A stretch of DNA of 64,000 nucleotides from Octopus sinensis (GCF_006345805.1 NC_042998.1:9176001-9240000); one strand, 5' to 3'; counted from the first letter of the stretch, positions 24,168-37,264 are shown. Notes: a model not told the origin generated them from the letters alone. Translations and numbers: made by a program.

Positions 24168-26564
24168 ACACACACTCACACACATGCGTGCGTGTGTGAT
24201 GAACTTCCTCACAGTTCCTGTCAACCAGATTCTTTCATAAAGCATTGGTTGACCCAGGTCTATAGTATAAAAGACACCATGGGGTTTTGGATTCATTCCC
24301 TCATGATGCTGCACAAGGGAAATGAACCTGATACCATGTGATTGCAAAGCGAACAACTTAACTGCACAGTCATCCCCATGCCTCTACACATGAGAAAGTT
24401 ATCTGCAGTAGACCTGCATCCTGTCCAGGGGAAATATCTATCCATCACTTGTTTCCTGTCATGCATCAAAGGGGTTTGCATGCATTTGTATTTAAACCTT
24501 CAAATGTAGAGAAATGTGATACCGGTGAGTACTGCTTATTATTAAAGTGCCCCCTTCCATTGGTAAGATTTCATGAATTAAGAGCTATTTGTAGAATTTA
24601 ACAAACTCATTAGCAAGTGAATGCAGGGAACCTTATACTAAAGAGGAAGTGGTGGCATCCTGCTTCCTGGAGGGATTAAGTCTATGAAGCAAAGCCACTT
24701 AGATTCAGAGATAAAACTGTGTTGTAAAATTCTGTTTATAATGAGACATTTACTGTAAGGCATATGAATTTGTGTGGCCTAGTGGTTAAAAATGTTGGAC
24801 TCACAATCAAATAGTTATGGGTTCAATTTCTGGACCAGGTGATATATTGTTTTTGAGCAGGGCACTCCTAGCTGAAATGAGTACCAGTTGAGTGTTAGTG
24901 CAGCTCTCCCTCTCTCCCTCAACTGTCATATCCTTGATATTCCACTGGGTCAAAGATGGCAGGGATGGGAGGCTTTTCATGTCTACTAATGACTACCCAG
25001 GTACCTAATATAATAAGTAAAAATATGATACATATACTACCATGCTATAACTCCCTATGGCTTTGGTTTTGACCATGAGGTTATATACCTCCCACAACAC
25101 TTCAAAATCATTTGGGATATGCTATAACAAAGATGATGTGAACGGCTTGTGAATAGATAATTAAAGAAGAAATCAGTGTGTTTAATCCACAACAAGTATA
25201 TATCTAACTGCTATTTAAATTGTTGGCTATTTATTTAGGAAATCACTCAAGCTACTAACCACATGCTCTGGCAAATATAGTATATTAATTGGTTTGAGAA
25301 AATAAAGCAGATTATTCCAGTATGTTCATAATTGGGTGTGGAGCTAATAGCTCACAATCAAAAACAATAAATAAATAGATAAGTGTATGAAGCTACAGTT
25401 ACTTAGTAACAAAAGTTGTCAAGGCTTAGAGGAAACTCAGAAAGGCTGAAAATAACAGACAGAGGAGGACAGTAACAGAAAGCGACACAAAGAGGTAGTG
25501 AATATGTATGAGTGTAGGTTTTGTAGGAGTGTACATGTGCATGTGTGTAGTAGTATTTGTCTATATCTGTCTGTGTGTCTGTGTGTTTCTATTTATATGT
25601 GTAGGAACATTGTTGTTGATAACGCTGCCACCGCTGCTGCCTGCCTGCCACCCCAGAAATAAATTTCAACCCACACTGTTGCATGTATATTCTGACATAT
25701 GTAGGTAGTCATGTTTTTGTTAAAATACACAAAGAGATATGTCAAAAAAAGCCCTTCCCTGACCCCGCCCCCCCCCCGTCCTTATTTCAGGCACTGACTC
25801 TTTGCTTTGTTTTGTGGGGCTGGAATAAATGCTATCCATGCTATTATTATTGATGATGCATCCATTAATGTTTTTAGGCAGTCTTAGCTAGTTCATGCTA
25901 GCTTCACTGATTATGAGCTTATAATTGCTGTTGTTGTTGTTGTTATAGTGGTGGTGGTGGTGGTGGTTGTCGTCGTCATCATAGTGGTCGTCATGGTCAC
26001 AGTGGTTGATATTGTTGTTGCTGTTGTTGTTCTTCTTCTTGTTTCTGGGTAACCATAATTTATTCAGGACATAAAATGTGTCAGGAAAAATAGCTGATAG
26101 AACGTCTCTTGAGAGAACCCATCCATGTACACACACACACACACACACGTCCTCCCCACACACACACGTCCCCCCACACACACACGCCCCCCCCACACAT
26201 ACACACACCTGTACATGCACACACACACAACCCCCCCTCTCTCTCTCTCAAAATACTACATATAATTTGAAGAGAGAACTGGTTGAATGGAGGGAAACGG
26301 TTGAATGGATAAGGTAGTATTCCATTAACTAAAGAGGTATTGTATCCTCTCCTTGCTATTTAGCCCTGAGTCAGACATGACTGAAGAAACCTGTGATCCA
26401 AGACAAACCAACTGTGACCATCCTGATTTCTTTCTCCAGGTACTGCACTACACTATTCAATATGTAGGGTTTGTGGTACTTTTTGGTTATCGCACTCCAT
26501 TTAAAAAAATTGGGTTATGTCCCTCAACTACAAAATTGTTTAACCCTCAATAAAACAACAAAAG

Positions 26565-27045
26565 AAAGTGAAAAGATGAAATGTCTTATGGAATCTAAGG
26601 ACCCCTGGACTGACTCCTGTGTTGGTGGCAAGTGAAGAAACACCATTTCGACCCTGTGCTTGAGGAGATCCATTGAGTCAAGTACACCAACATCAAAATC
26701 AATGGAAACTGCAGTTGTGATCCCTGTGTCGGTGGCACGTAAAGAGCACCATCCGAATCGTGGCCGATGCCAGCGCCGCCCTGACTGGCTTCTGTGCCGG
26801 TGGCACGTAAAATGCACCAATACGATCGTGGCCATTGCCAGCCTCGCCTGGCACCTGTGCTGGTGGCACGTAAAAAGCACCCACTACACTCACGGGGTGG
26901 TTGGCTTTAAGAAGGGCATCCAGCTGTAGAAACACTGCCAGATCAGACTGGAGCCTGGTGCAGCCTTCTGGCATCCCAGATCCCCGGTCGAACCGTCCAA
27001 CCCATGCTAGCATGGAGAACGGACGTTAAATGATGATGATGATGA
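26565..27045 (+). mobile_element. RTE LINE 3' end and 3'UTR with (GAT)n tail
   Basis: Decayed ORF end followed by the UTR sub-repeats and the aagggcatccagctgtagaaac motif. Confidence 0.7.
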
Positions 27046-27185
27046 AATCATACAAAACTGAAAAGATTAATAAATATAAAAACTGAAAAAATTAAACATC
27101 TTACTGAATGAATCTGATCACATTTTTATAACAAATCATGCTATGCCTGTTGAAGTATTGAATCAAAAGGATCTAACTCTTTTAA

Positions 27186-27411
27186 CCCTTTCGATACCAA
27201 CCTGGCTGAAACCGGACCAGCTTTGGCTCTGAGTACAAATGTCTTGTTTTCATAAGTTTTGAATTAAAATCTTCCACCAAACCTTAGTCACAATTTATGT
27301 TCCTATCACTAGCTTAATGGTAACTCAGTTATTGTACTAAATTCTTTGTTATATTTAAAGTAATTGAAAGAAACACAGAGCATCTAAAAAAAAAATACAG
27401 TAACGAAAGGG
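27186..27411. mobile_element. piggyBac-type MITE family 1
   Basis: TTAA|CCCTTTCG ... CGAAAGGG|TTAA. Confidence 0.8.
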
Positions 27412-27899
27412 TTAATCCAATCTCTTGTTGCCACATAAACTCAGTGTTTTAGTGGGAAGATAACCCAGTTTTTTAATGACAATTTTTTAATGGGTGTGAG
27501 ATAACCAAAAAGTACTGCAATCTGAGTAGAATTTGAGTACTGTTTCTAACAGGTCAAAGAACCATGTAGTGACCATTCACCCTTATTATTGTCATTGTTG
27601 GTTAGTTCAGCAGATCCTATATTCAAACCTTACCATCCAGTCTTTTCTAAGGTATAATAAGGATTATATTATCCAATGTGACCAGCAGGATGTGAATTCA
27701 AAGCAATGTAACTGTTATTCCTAGCAGGTTATATGACTTTTTAGAAGAGACTCACTTATTGGCCTGGGGTTGTAGTTGTGGGCTAAGCTCTGAAACATAC
27801 CTGCTTCACTTAGCTCCATAAAGGCCGCCTGGCATAAAAAAGGGAGAAAAGAAAAAAGAGAATGTTGTGGTGGAATATATAACTAACAGCAGCAGAAGC

Positions 27900-28070
27900 A
27901 GGAGGAAGAGGAGGAAGAAGAAGAAGAAGAAGAAGAAGAAGAAGAAGAAGAAGAAGAAGAAGAAGAAGAAGAAGAAGAAGAGAAGAAGAAGAAGAAGAAG
28001 AAGAAGAAGAAGAAGAAGAAGAAGAAGAAGAAGAAGAAGAAGAAGAAGACAACAACAACAACAACTGCTA
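27900..28070. repeat. (GAA)n/(CAA)n microsatellite
   Basis: Direct reading. Confidence 0.95.
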
Positions 28071-28322
28071 CACCATATGTTATAGTTCCAAGATGAAATT
28101 CTTTTTCCAAGAAAACAATAGATGTGTTGCTGACCTTTAGATTTATGGATGTAAGGTGAAATCATCTCTGATATCATTACTGGATACATATTTATTATAA
28201 TGACCCAGCAAATGAACACAAGTGTGCTAAAGGAATCCAAATTTGTTTAAAATATATGCATTCTGTTTGTTTGATTGCAACAGAAGAGAAAGTCCCATTA
28301 TATGCCATAAAAGTAAGATTAA

Positions 28323-28543
28323 CCCTTTAGTGTTCAGATTATTCTGTCAAATGCGAGGCTTATTTATTCACATTATTCTGAATTAGTCATGCATTATCTT
28401 GTAGTTTAGAGTATTTAGGTGAAGTGATTTTTTAGTTTTAGAATGACATGGTAGGGCTGAGGTGAGAGGCAAGATCTGGTCAGTTTCAATATGAAACAGG
28501 TTAAATATTTTGGCCGGATATGGCCGGTTTGAATGCTGAAGGG
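28323..28543. mobile_element. piggyBac-type MITE family 2
   Basis: TTAA|CCCTTTAG ... CTGAAGGG|TTAA; homologous to the copies at 37045 and 38028. Confidence 0.75.
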
Positions 28544-28574
28544 TTAAAAGATAATAGCCATCCAATGCCAAGTG

Positions 28575-28900
28575 AAGATGTGTGACTCAGTGGTTAAGGT
28601 ATTCAAATCACAATCATAAGATTGTGAGTTCAATTCCCAGTGGTACTTAGTGTCCACGAGCAAAACATTTTATTTCATATTACTGCAGTCCACTCAGCTG
28701 ACAAAAATGAGTAGTACCTGTATTTCAAAGGGCCAGTCTTGTCACATTCTGTGTCATGTTGAATCTCCCTGAGAACTACTTTAAGGGTGGATCTATCTGT
28801 GGAGTGCTCAGCCACTTGCACGTTAATTTCATGAGCAGATCAAAGGAACACCTTTGCTCTGATCAACTGGAACACTCGTTGTTGTAACTGATGGAATGCC
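28575..28900 (+). mobile_element. tRNA-derived SINE group C, decayed
   Basis: tcagtggttaagg head, gagttcaattcc B box and gtggagtgctcagcc tail. Confidence 0.7.
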
Positions 28901-29345
28901 AGTTAGCTTAATGTAAATACATCACTGAAAGGCAAATTTACTGTGGTAATTACCCAGAGATAACATCTCTTATGGATGTGTTTTGGGAAAAATGCAATAT
29001 ATATCAGAGGGAGACAAAAATTGTCCCAGCACTGTATTTGCATTAAGTATGATACACAAATGGCTACATCATTGTTTAGCCCCAGGTTGGCTCTGATCAA
29101 GCAAACCTATACTGAAGAGTATTCCAGTTATGATCAATTTTTGTCTTTTCCCCCAAATACAATGCACCCAACCCAGAAGCACATTGTCTCTTATGCCCTT
29201 TTTTAAGATGCTAGAGTATGATTTAAGGGTCACTTGGCTATAATATATAACAAGCTGAGGGACAATGTACAGGCACTATAGTTAATACTTTGAACTGATA
29301 ATTTCCAGTTATGACAAATAGTGAAGCTTTGTTTTAACCAGATTA

Positions 29346-29575
29346 GGAAGGAATTACAACCGTGTTTCGTGGTCTGCTACCACAACAGCTCCTTTATAGG
29401 ATCCAGTTAGCTCAAGGCATCATCAGGAGGAACCACGTCCGGTTTCGGCCCCTACTCCTCTACCGTTTTGACATGGCGGGGCCCCCTCTTTCGGAGGTGT
29501 CTTCAGCTCTGGTGTTGGGTGCATGTCTTCTTTCTTCTGTTCCCTGGCCTCTTCGATGTATTGTCAGCGAGTGTC
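29346..29575 (-). mobile_element. 230-bp insertion with a 21-bp flanking duplication and hammerhead-core motifs (Penelope-like or retrozyme candidate)
   Basis: agctttgttttaaccagatta at 29325-29345 and 29576-29596; the minus strand carries CTGAAGA, CTGATGA and two GAAAC..GT motifs. Confidence 0.5.
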
Positions 29576-29659
29576 AGCTTTGTTTTAACCAGATTATTAT
29601 TCATTAAGTTTAGCAAATTAAAATAATTTTTCCATGAAATACTTGATACTTTTTTCTTT

Positions 29660-30250
29660 TGTTACTCTTTTACTTGTTTTAGTCATTAGACTGTAGCAAT
29701 ACTGGGGCACCAGCTTGAAGAAATTTAGTCAAATGAATCGACCACGGTACTTATATTTTTTAAAGCTTGGTACTTATTCTATCAGTCTCTTTTGCTGAAA
29801 CACTAAGTTACAGGGACATCAACACACCAATACTGGTTGCCAAGCAGTGATAGAAGACAAACACACACACACGTATACGATGGGCTTCTTTCAGTTTCTG
29901 TCTACAAAATCCACTCACAAGGCTTTGGTCAACTTAACCCTTTCGCTACCAACCCGGCTGAAACTGGCTCTGGCTCTGTAGTACAAATGTCTTGTTTTCA
30001 TGAATTAAAATCTTCCACCAAACCTTAGTCACAATTTATGTTCCTAACACTAGCTTAATGATAACGATGTTATTTTACTAAATTCTTTGTTACATCTAAA
30101 ATAATTGAAAGAAACACAGAGCATCTCAAAATAAATATGGTAATGAAAGGGTTAAGGCTACACCAGAAGACACTCACCCAGGATGCCATGCAGTGGGACT
30201 GAACATAGAACTATCTGGTTGGGAAGCAAACATGTTACTATGTAGCCATG
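29660..30250 (-). mobile_element. Group A SINE interrupted by a MITE
   Basis: SINE sequence resumes after the MITE (ggctttggtcaac|...|ggctacaccagaagacac). Confidence 0.75.
29938..30151. mobile_element. piggyBac-type MITE family 1 nested in a SINE
   Basis: TTAA on both sides with CCCTTTC/GAAAGGG termini. Confidence 0.8.
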
Positions 30251-31454
30251 CCTGAGTCTACCCACACCTGTGCCTATGTAGTATGTACTATTGGCTATGA
30301 ATGTATCTAGCTTTTATATATTGTGTACAAAATCTTAATCATTTTAATACCAATCTGCTTGAGAATGCCTCTGTTCTAAAATACAAACTTCTTGTTTTAG
30401 AGTTTCAAACACTACCTTGTAAACGATAAACTTATTTTACAAAATTCTTCATTATCTTTAAGATTAACTGAAACAAAGGTAGTGTGTTGTCAATTCGGCT
30501 TTGTTGGTAATTGAACTTGGAATTAAAATCACCAGTCAGATCAATAATTATCAAATCTGGGACTCACACATCTAAGCTACAGCTCTTAATGTAATATTGA
30601 TATTTTACTTAAGTGCAAGGTCACTCAGTTTAATTTTGAGAGTAGTGAATGTCTGGTGTAAATATGTTCTGTATGTGCCTTGTTGTTTAGATGTTTATAG
30701 TATTGATTTCAAATTTTGGCACAAGGCCAGAATTTTAGAGGGAGAGGTGAGTTGATTACATTGACCCCACTGTTCAACTGGTACTTATTTCATCAACCTG
30801 AAAGGATGAAAAGCAAAGTGGACCTTGGTGGAATTTGAACTCAGAACATAAAGACGGACAAAATGCTGCTAAGAATTTTGCCCAGTGTGCTAATGGTTCT
30901 GCCACCTTACCACCTTTCATGTTTATAATATTGGTTTCAAATCTGGCACAAGGCCAGTAATTTCAGGGGAGTGGGTAAGTTAATTACATCAGCCTCAGTG
31001 TTTATCATCGTTCATTTAATGTCTGCTTTCCATGCTAGCATGGCTTGGACGATTTGACTGAGAGATGGTGAACCAGATGGCTGCACCAGGCTCTAGTCTT
31101 GATCTGGCAGAGTTTCTACAGCTGGATGCCCTTCCTAATGCCAACCACTCCGAGAGTGTAGCGGATGCTTTTACATGCCACCAGCACGGGGGCCAGTCAG
31201 GCGGTACTGGCAATGACCTCGCTCGAATGTTTTTTCCTGTGCCACCGGCACAAGAGCCAGTAAGGCGACACTGGTTTAATTGATAATTATCTGACTAATC
31301 CCCAAAGGATAAAAGGCAAAGTCCACCTCAGTGACATCTGAACTCAGAACATAAAGATTCACAAAGTGCTGCTTAGCATTTTGCTCGGTGTGTGAACAAT
31401 TCTGCCAGCTCACTCCCTTACATGTTTATGATATTAAGGGCATTGTTGGATAAC

Positions 31455-31690
31455 CTCTATTTCTTTACAGGTCACAAGGGGCTACACACAGAGGGGACAA
31501 ACAAGGACAGACAAATGGATTAAGTCGATTATATCAACACCAGTGTGTAACTGGTACTTATTTAATCAACCCTGAAAGGATGAAAGGCAAAGTCGACCTC
31601 GACGGAATTTGAACTCAGAATGTAGCGACAGACGAAATACCACTAAGCATTTTGCCCGGCGTGCTAACGTTTCTGCCAGCTCGGCACCTT
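31455..31690 (-). mobile_element. tRNA-derived SINE group B
   Basis: Family match. Confidence 0.75.
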
Positions 31691-31947
31691 CATCATCTCT
31701 TGGCTTGTAAAGAATAGCAGTTAAATCTCTCACAGATTATACCTTACAACAGGTGCAGGAATAGTTGGGAATAATTTAAGAAGCTTGCTTTGCAACTACA
31801 CAGTCTCAGGTTCAGCCTCATTGCATGGCACCTTGGGCAAGTATCTTCTATTTTAATCCTGGGTCAACCAATGTCCTGTAAGTGAATTTGGTAGATGAAA
31901 ACTGTGTGGAAGACTGTCATGATGAAAATGATATATACATACATATC

Positions 31948-34632
31948 ATGTGGCCGTAGCCAGTACCGCATCGACTGGCCTCTGTGCTGTGGGCACATGA
32001 CAAACACCATCCGATCGTGGCGGTTCGCCAGCCTCATCTGGCACCTGTGTCGGTGGCACATAAAAACACCATCCGAAGACCCGGCAAGACTAGTCAGGCC
32101 ATAACCCATGGCCCCTACCTGGGAGGTAGTCAGTCCACCTGTGCATACCTTCCTTCTTGTGACACTTGTGAAGACCTGTTGAGGCAAGTGAAAATCAAAA
32201 CAAATCAAAATAGATGAACATCAATGGAATCTGTATCTTTGTGGTACCAGTGCCGGTGGCACACAAGAAAACCATCCGAACGTGGCCGTAGCCAGTTCCG
32301 CATCGACTGGCCTCCGTGCTGTGGGCACGTAACAAACACCATCCGATCGTGGCCGTTCGCCAGCCTCATCTGGCACCTGTGTCGGTGGCACATAAAAACA
32401 CCTTCCGAAGACCCGGCAAGACTAGTCAGTCCACCTGTGCATACCTTCTTCTTGTGACACTTGTGAAGACTGTTGAGGCAAGTGAAAATCAAATCAAATC
32501 AAATCCAAATAGATGAACATCAATGGAATTTGTATCTTTGTAGTACGAGTGCCAGTGGCACACAAGAAAACCATCCGAACGTGGCCGTAGTCAGTACCGC
32601 ATCGACTGGCCATCGTGCTGTGGGCACATAACAAACACCATCCGATCGTGGCCGTTCACCAGCCTCATCTAGCACCTGTGTCGGTGGCACATAAAAACAC
32701 CATCCGAAGACCCGGCAAGACTAGTCAGGTCATAACCCATGGCCCCTACCTGGGACGTAGTCAGTCCACCTGTGCATACCTTCCTCCTTGTGATACTTGT
32801 GAAGGCCTGTTGAGGCAAGTGAAAATCAAAACAAATCAAAATAGATGAACATCAATGGAATCTGTATCTTTGTGGTACCAGTGCCGGTGGCACACAAGAA
32901 AACCATCCGAACGTGGCCGTAGCCAGTTCCGCATCGACTGGCCTCCGTGCTGTGGGCACGTAACAAACACCATCCGATCGTGGCCGTTCGCCAGCCTCAT
33001 CTGGCACCTGTGTCGGTGGCACATAAAAACACCTTCCGAAGACCCGGCAAGACTAGTCAGTCCACCTGTGCATACCTTCCTTCTTGTGACACTTGTGAAG
33101 ACCTGTTGAGGCAAGTGAAAATCAAATCAAATCAAATCCAAATAGATGAACATCAATGGAATTTGTATCTTTGTAGTACGAGTGCCAGTGGCACACAAGA
33201 AATCCATCCGAACGTGGCCGTAGTCAGTACCGCATCGACTGGCCATCGTGCTGTGGGCACATAACAAACACCATCCGATCGTGGCCGTTCACCAGCCTCA
33301 TCTAGCACCTGTGTCGGTGGCACATAAAAACACCATCCGAAGACCCGGCAAGACTAGTCAGGTCATAACCCATGGCCCCTACCTGGGACGTAGTCAGTCC
33401 ACCTGTGCATACCTTCCTCCTTGTGATACTTGTGAAGGCCTGTTGAGGCAAGTGAAAATCAAAATCAAATCAAAACAAATCAAAATAGATGAACATCAAT
33501 GGAATTTGTATCTTTGTGGTACCAGTGCCGGTGGCACACAAGAAAACCATCCGAACGTGGCCGTAGCCAGTACCGCACCGACAACACCATCCGATCATGG
33601 CCGTTCGCCAGCCTCATCTGGCACCTGTGTCGGTGGCACATAAAAACACCATCCGAAGACCCGGCAAGACTAGTCAGGCCATAACCTGTGGCCCCTACCT
33701 GGGACGTAGTCAGTCCACCTGTGCATACCTTCCTTCTTGTGACACTTGTGAAGACCTGTTGAGGCAAGTGAAAATCAAAATCAAATCAAATCAAAACAAA
33801 TCAAAATAGATGAACATTAATGGAATTTGTATCTTTGTGGTACCAGTGCCGGTGGCACACAAGAAAACCATCCGAACGTGGCCGTAGCCAGTACCGCATC
33901 GACTGGCCTCCGTGCTGTGGGAACGTAACAAACACCATCCGATCGTGGCCGTTTGCCAGCCTCATCTGGCACCTATGTCGGTGGCACATAAAAACACCAT
34001 CCGAAGACCCGGCAAGACTAGTCAGGCCATAACCCGTGGCCCCTACCTGGGACGTAGTCAGTCCACCTGTGCTTACCTTCCTTCTTGTGACACTTGTGAA
34101 GACCTGTTGAGGCAAGTGAAAATCAAAACAAATCAAAATAGATGAACATCAATGGAATTTGTATCTTTGTGGTACCAGTGCCGGTGGCACGTGGCACACA
34201 AGAAAACCATCCGAATGTGGCCGTAGCCAGTACCGCATCGACTGGCCTCCGTGCTGTGGGCACGTAACAAACACCATCCGATCGTGGCCGTTTGCCAGCC
34301 TCATCTGGCACCTGTGTCGGTGGCACATAAAAACACCATCCGAGCGTGGCCGTCTGCCAGCCTCGTCTGGCACCTGTGTCGGTGGCACATAAAAACACCA
34401 TCCGAGCGTGGCCGTTTGCCAGCCTCGTCTGGCACCTGTGTCGGTGGCACATAAAATCACCCACTACACTCTCGGAGTGGTTGGCGTTAGGAAGGGCATC
34501 CAGCTGTAGAAACACTGCCAGATCTGACTGGACTGGTGCAGCCTTCGGGCTCCCCAGACCCCAGTTGAACCGTCCAACCCATGCTAGCATGGAAAGCGGA
34601 CGTTAAATGATGATGATGATGATGATGATGAT
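31948..34632 (+). repeat. Tandem array 2: about 8 monomers of 300-345 bp derived from an RTE LINE ORF2 end and 3'UTR
   Basis: The gatgaacat anchor recurs near 32214, 32513, 32844, 33145, 33488, 33809 and 34141; the array ends in the same 3' terminus and (GAT)n tail as array 1. Confidence 0.9.
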
Positions 34633-34724
34633 GACATACAAACATAAACACACACATACCTACATATCATATATATATATATATATATATACACATACAA
34701 ACATATACACACACATACGTACAT

Positions 34725-34766
<42 letters not shown>

Positions 34767-35352
34767 AACACACATGCACACACACACATATAGATATGTA
34801 TGTATATTTGTGTTTATGTTATTTTCTTTAACAAAGGAGGATCACATTGGATGATGTAATACTTTACACAATGTCTGTAAAAAAAATGGGATTATTATAG
34901 CTGGAATTCTTTTAATTATAAATCTGTTAAGTCTGAGTTGACCTGCATTGAAACAACAATTCAAGATGCAGTCTATTGAATCACACCAGTAAATCAATCA
35001 AACATTTTACAGTAACCTAAACAAATAAATGCAACTTAAGAGAAAACAATTATTAAATGTAGTACCTGAAATACCTGGATATTAACCCATTAACAGTGAA
35101 ATAAAATTTCATGGCAGTTTCTGTAATAATGTTCAATGTCTACAAAAAATAGAATTTGTATTTTCTGCAAGTCGCATTGTCTCAATAAACTTGACATATC
35201 TCAGCAGAAAATAAGTTCAGGTATGATATTCTTCAACAAAAGATAGATTGGTATATAAAACTACTTTCTATGCAATGAAATTTTGAATGGATATATCTGA
35301 TTTCTGCAATAAAAGAGTTAATATTAAAAAAAAAAAAATTTTTTAAACTTAC

Positions 35353-35595
35353 CAAATGTTGGAGCTGGCCATTGTTTTCTTGTCTTACGCTGTTCATCAA
35401 CGTCAAATCCAAATTTTTAACATCGTTTTCAATATTCCGAATTTGTGACTCCAATGAGGTTTTTATCTCTTCAAAGAGCATTTGAGTTTTTGTTTCTACA
35501 TTTGATACATTTAAATTTGAATTTGCTTGAATACTTTCGATATTCCTTTGATATGCAGTAGAGTTTTTATCGAGTTTGCCAGATACAGTAAGAAG
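35353..35595 (-). CDS. FAM81: Next exon (243 nt, phase 0-0) of the same FAM81-like gene
   Basis: In-frame TAG acceptor at 35598-35596, open frame LLTVSGKLDKNSTAYQRNIESIQANSNLNVSNVETKTQMLFEEIKTSLESQIRNIENDVKNLDLTLMNSVRQENNGQLQHL, and consensus donor GTAAGT at 35352. Phase matches the upstream exon, heptad character is present, and it is colinear with recalled FAM81A ISQLLNRVD...DTKFKGTVEEL. Confidence 0.7.
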
Positions 35596-37044
35596 CTATA
35601 TATATGTAATTGTATATATATAATACATACATATATGAAAAAGAAAAGTTGAAATTAGATATTTCAAATTAAACTTAGAAAAGTTTTCAAATTGTTTAAA
35701 AGGAAACATTAAAAAAAAGTCAATTAGAAAACATTTCTATCATGTTTATTTCTGGTATTTCCTGGCCAAAAATGAGACTATTAATGTCGATGCAAGAACT
35801 TAACATGGTAATAAAGTTCTTTACAGTACATAAATGCACTTACTAATAATACTGAAGGTTATACTACTCATACTTCGAGCAATTAACATAATTGAAACTC
35901 AGAGAAAGGGCAACGTCAATCAGGAGTTACAACTTAAAAGATGATCTAAGCATACTCCTGAAACTTTAGCTCTGTTTTACTAAATCACAGTTTGTATTGA
36001 TATAACTCTTATATCTTTGCCTTGGGTTTGGAAATTTATCTCTTTTGATACTAAACTGCCTGAAACTATTCATGATTTTATGGTACAAATTCCTTGTTTT
36101 ATAATGGTCTTAATTAAGATCTTCCATCAAAATTTAATGTTAATTTATGCTTTAATAACAACAAAGTTACTTAATTTAATAAATTCTTTATTATTTACAA
36201 AATTAATTGAAACAAAGTGTATTTCAAGAGGAATATAAGAAAATGGATTGAAACAATTAAAATCATCTTCATTTTTATTAAACATGAGAATTTGCCTCTC
36301 ACCCCTTTTCAATCCTCACAGCTGCTGCTGCCACCACCACTACCACACCACCACTACACACCACCACCACCACCACTTGAGGAACACTACACCAAATTCA
36401 ACATTTCAGTGATAAAAGCCGATGAACTAATTACACAAATACATGAGGACATTCCTCATTTTTCTCTGTTTACAACTTTGTTTTTCTAAAATATACTTGC
36501 ATAATTTTGAATAAATTATTGGCGACACTAATGTTACATACAAACAATTTTTCTAATTCCAAAATAAATATCTCCCAAGCCTTAATTACGAGAATACATC
36601 CATCAAGTATTCAAGTATGTTGACTGAAGCAAGTAGAACAAAATATTCCAAATAAGGGTAAGTAATAAATTCATCCATCATCTTTGCACATATTGTTGCT
36701 AGGTAACTTCAGTCATCTCAGCATACATGAAGAAGATACAATACAAATGAAACTGATCAACTATGTGGGAGTGATCTATGGGATGTTCAGTAGACATGCC
36801 ATGGATTAGTTTGGTCTGTCAGCAAATTGTTTTGTTCTTACATGCATTGCTTGATTAGGTCATAGTCTGGCTCTAATGTAACCAGACATTAGTTATTAGA
36901 GTACCAGTAGATTAGTATTTATTGCCTGGCCTTCAACCTTGTACTCATTATGTAAATGAGTTTGTACCTGAGCATATAAGTGTTTACATTTTAACAAACT
37001 GCTTTCAGCAACGATCATTGGCAGGTTCTGTAGAGAGGATTTAA

Positions 37045-37264
37045 CCCTTTAGTGTTTAAACCGGCCATATCTGGCCAAAATATTCTACCTGTTTTATGTT
37101 CAAACTAGTCAGATATAGTCATTCATAGCTATTTTATTGTGTCATTTTAAAAATAAAGAATCACATCATTGAAATCTCAAAGCCATGAAATGATACAAGA
37201 TTAATTTTACATGGTGTGAATACATAAGCTTTACATTTTACAGAATAATCTGAATGCTAAAGGG
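37045..37264. mobile_element. piggyBac-type MITE family 2
   Basis: TTAA|CCCTTTAG ... CTAAAGGG|TTAA. Confidence 0.8.

Noticed and set aside
32340-32410. HDV-like ribozyme in the array monomer (gccag..ctggc stem followed by CGAA on the minus strand)
   Set aside because: I could not build P1, P3 and L3 with correct spacing on either strand, and the monomer has no CTGANGA core.
31948-34632. CRISPR-like array, or multi-copy protein genes suggested by the repeated ORFs
   Set aside because: There are no unique spacers, the context is eukaryotic, and the ORFs occur in several frames on both strands as by-products of the tandem repeat.
35075-35160. Possible small exon downstream of the second FAM81 exon
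   Set aside because: AG and GT sites exist but the peptide has no coiled-coil or FAM81 similarity.
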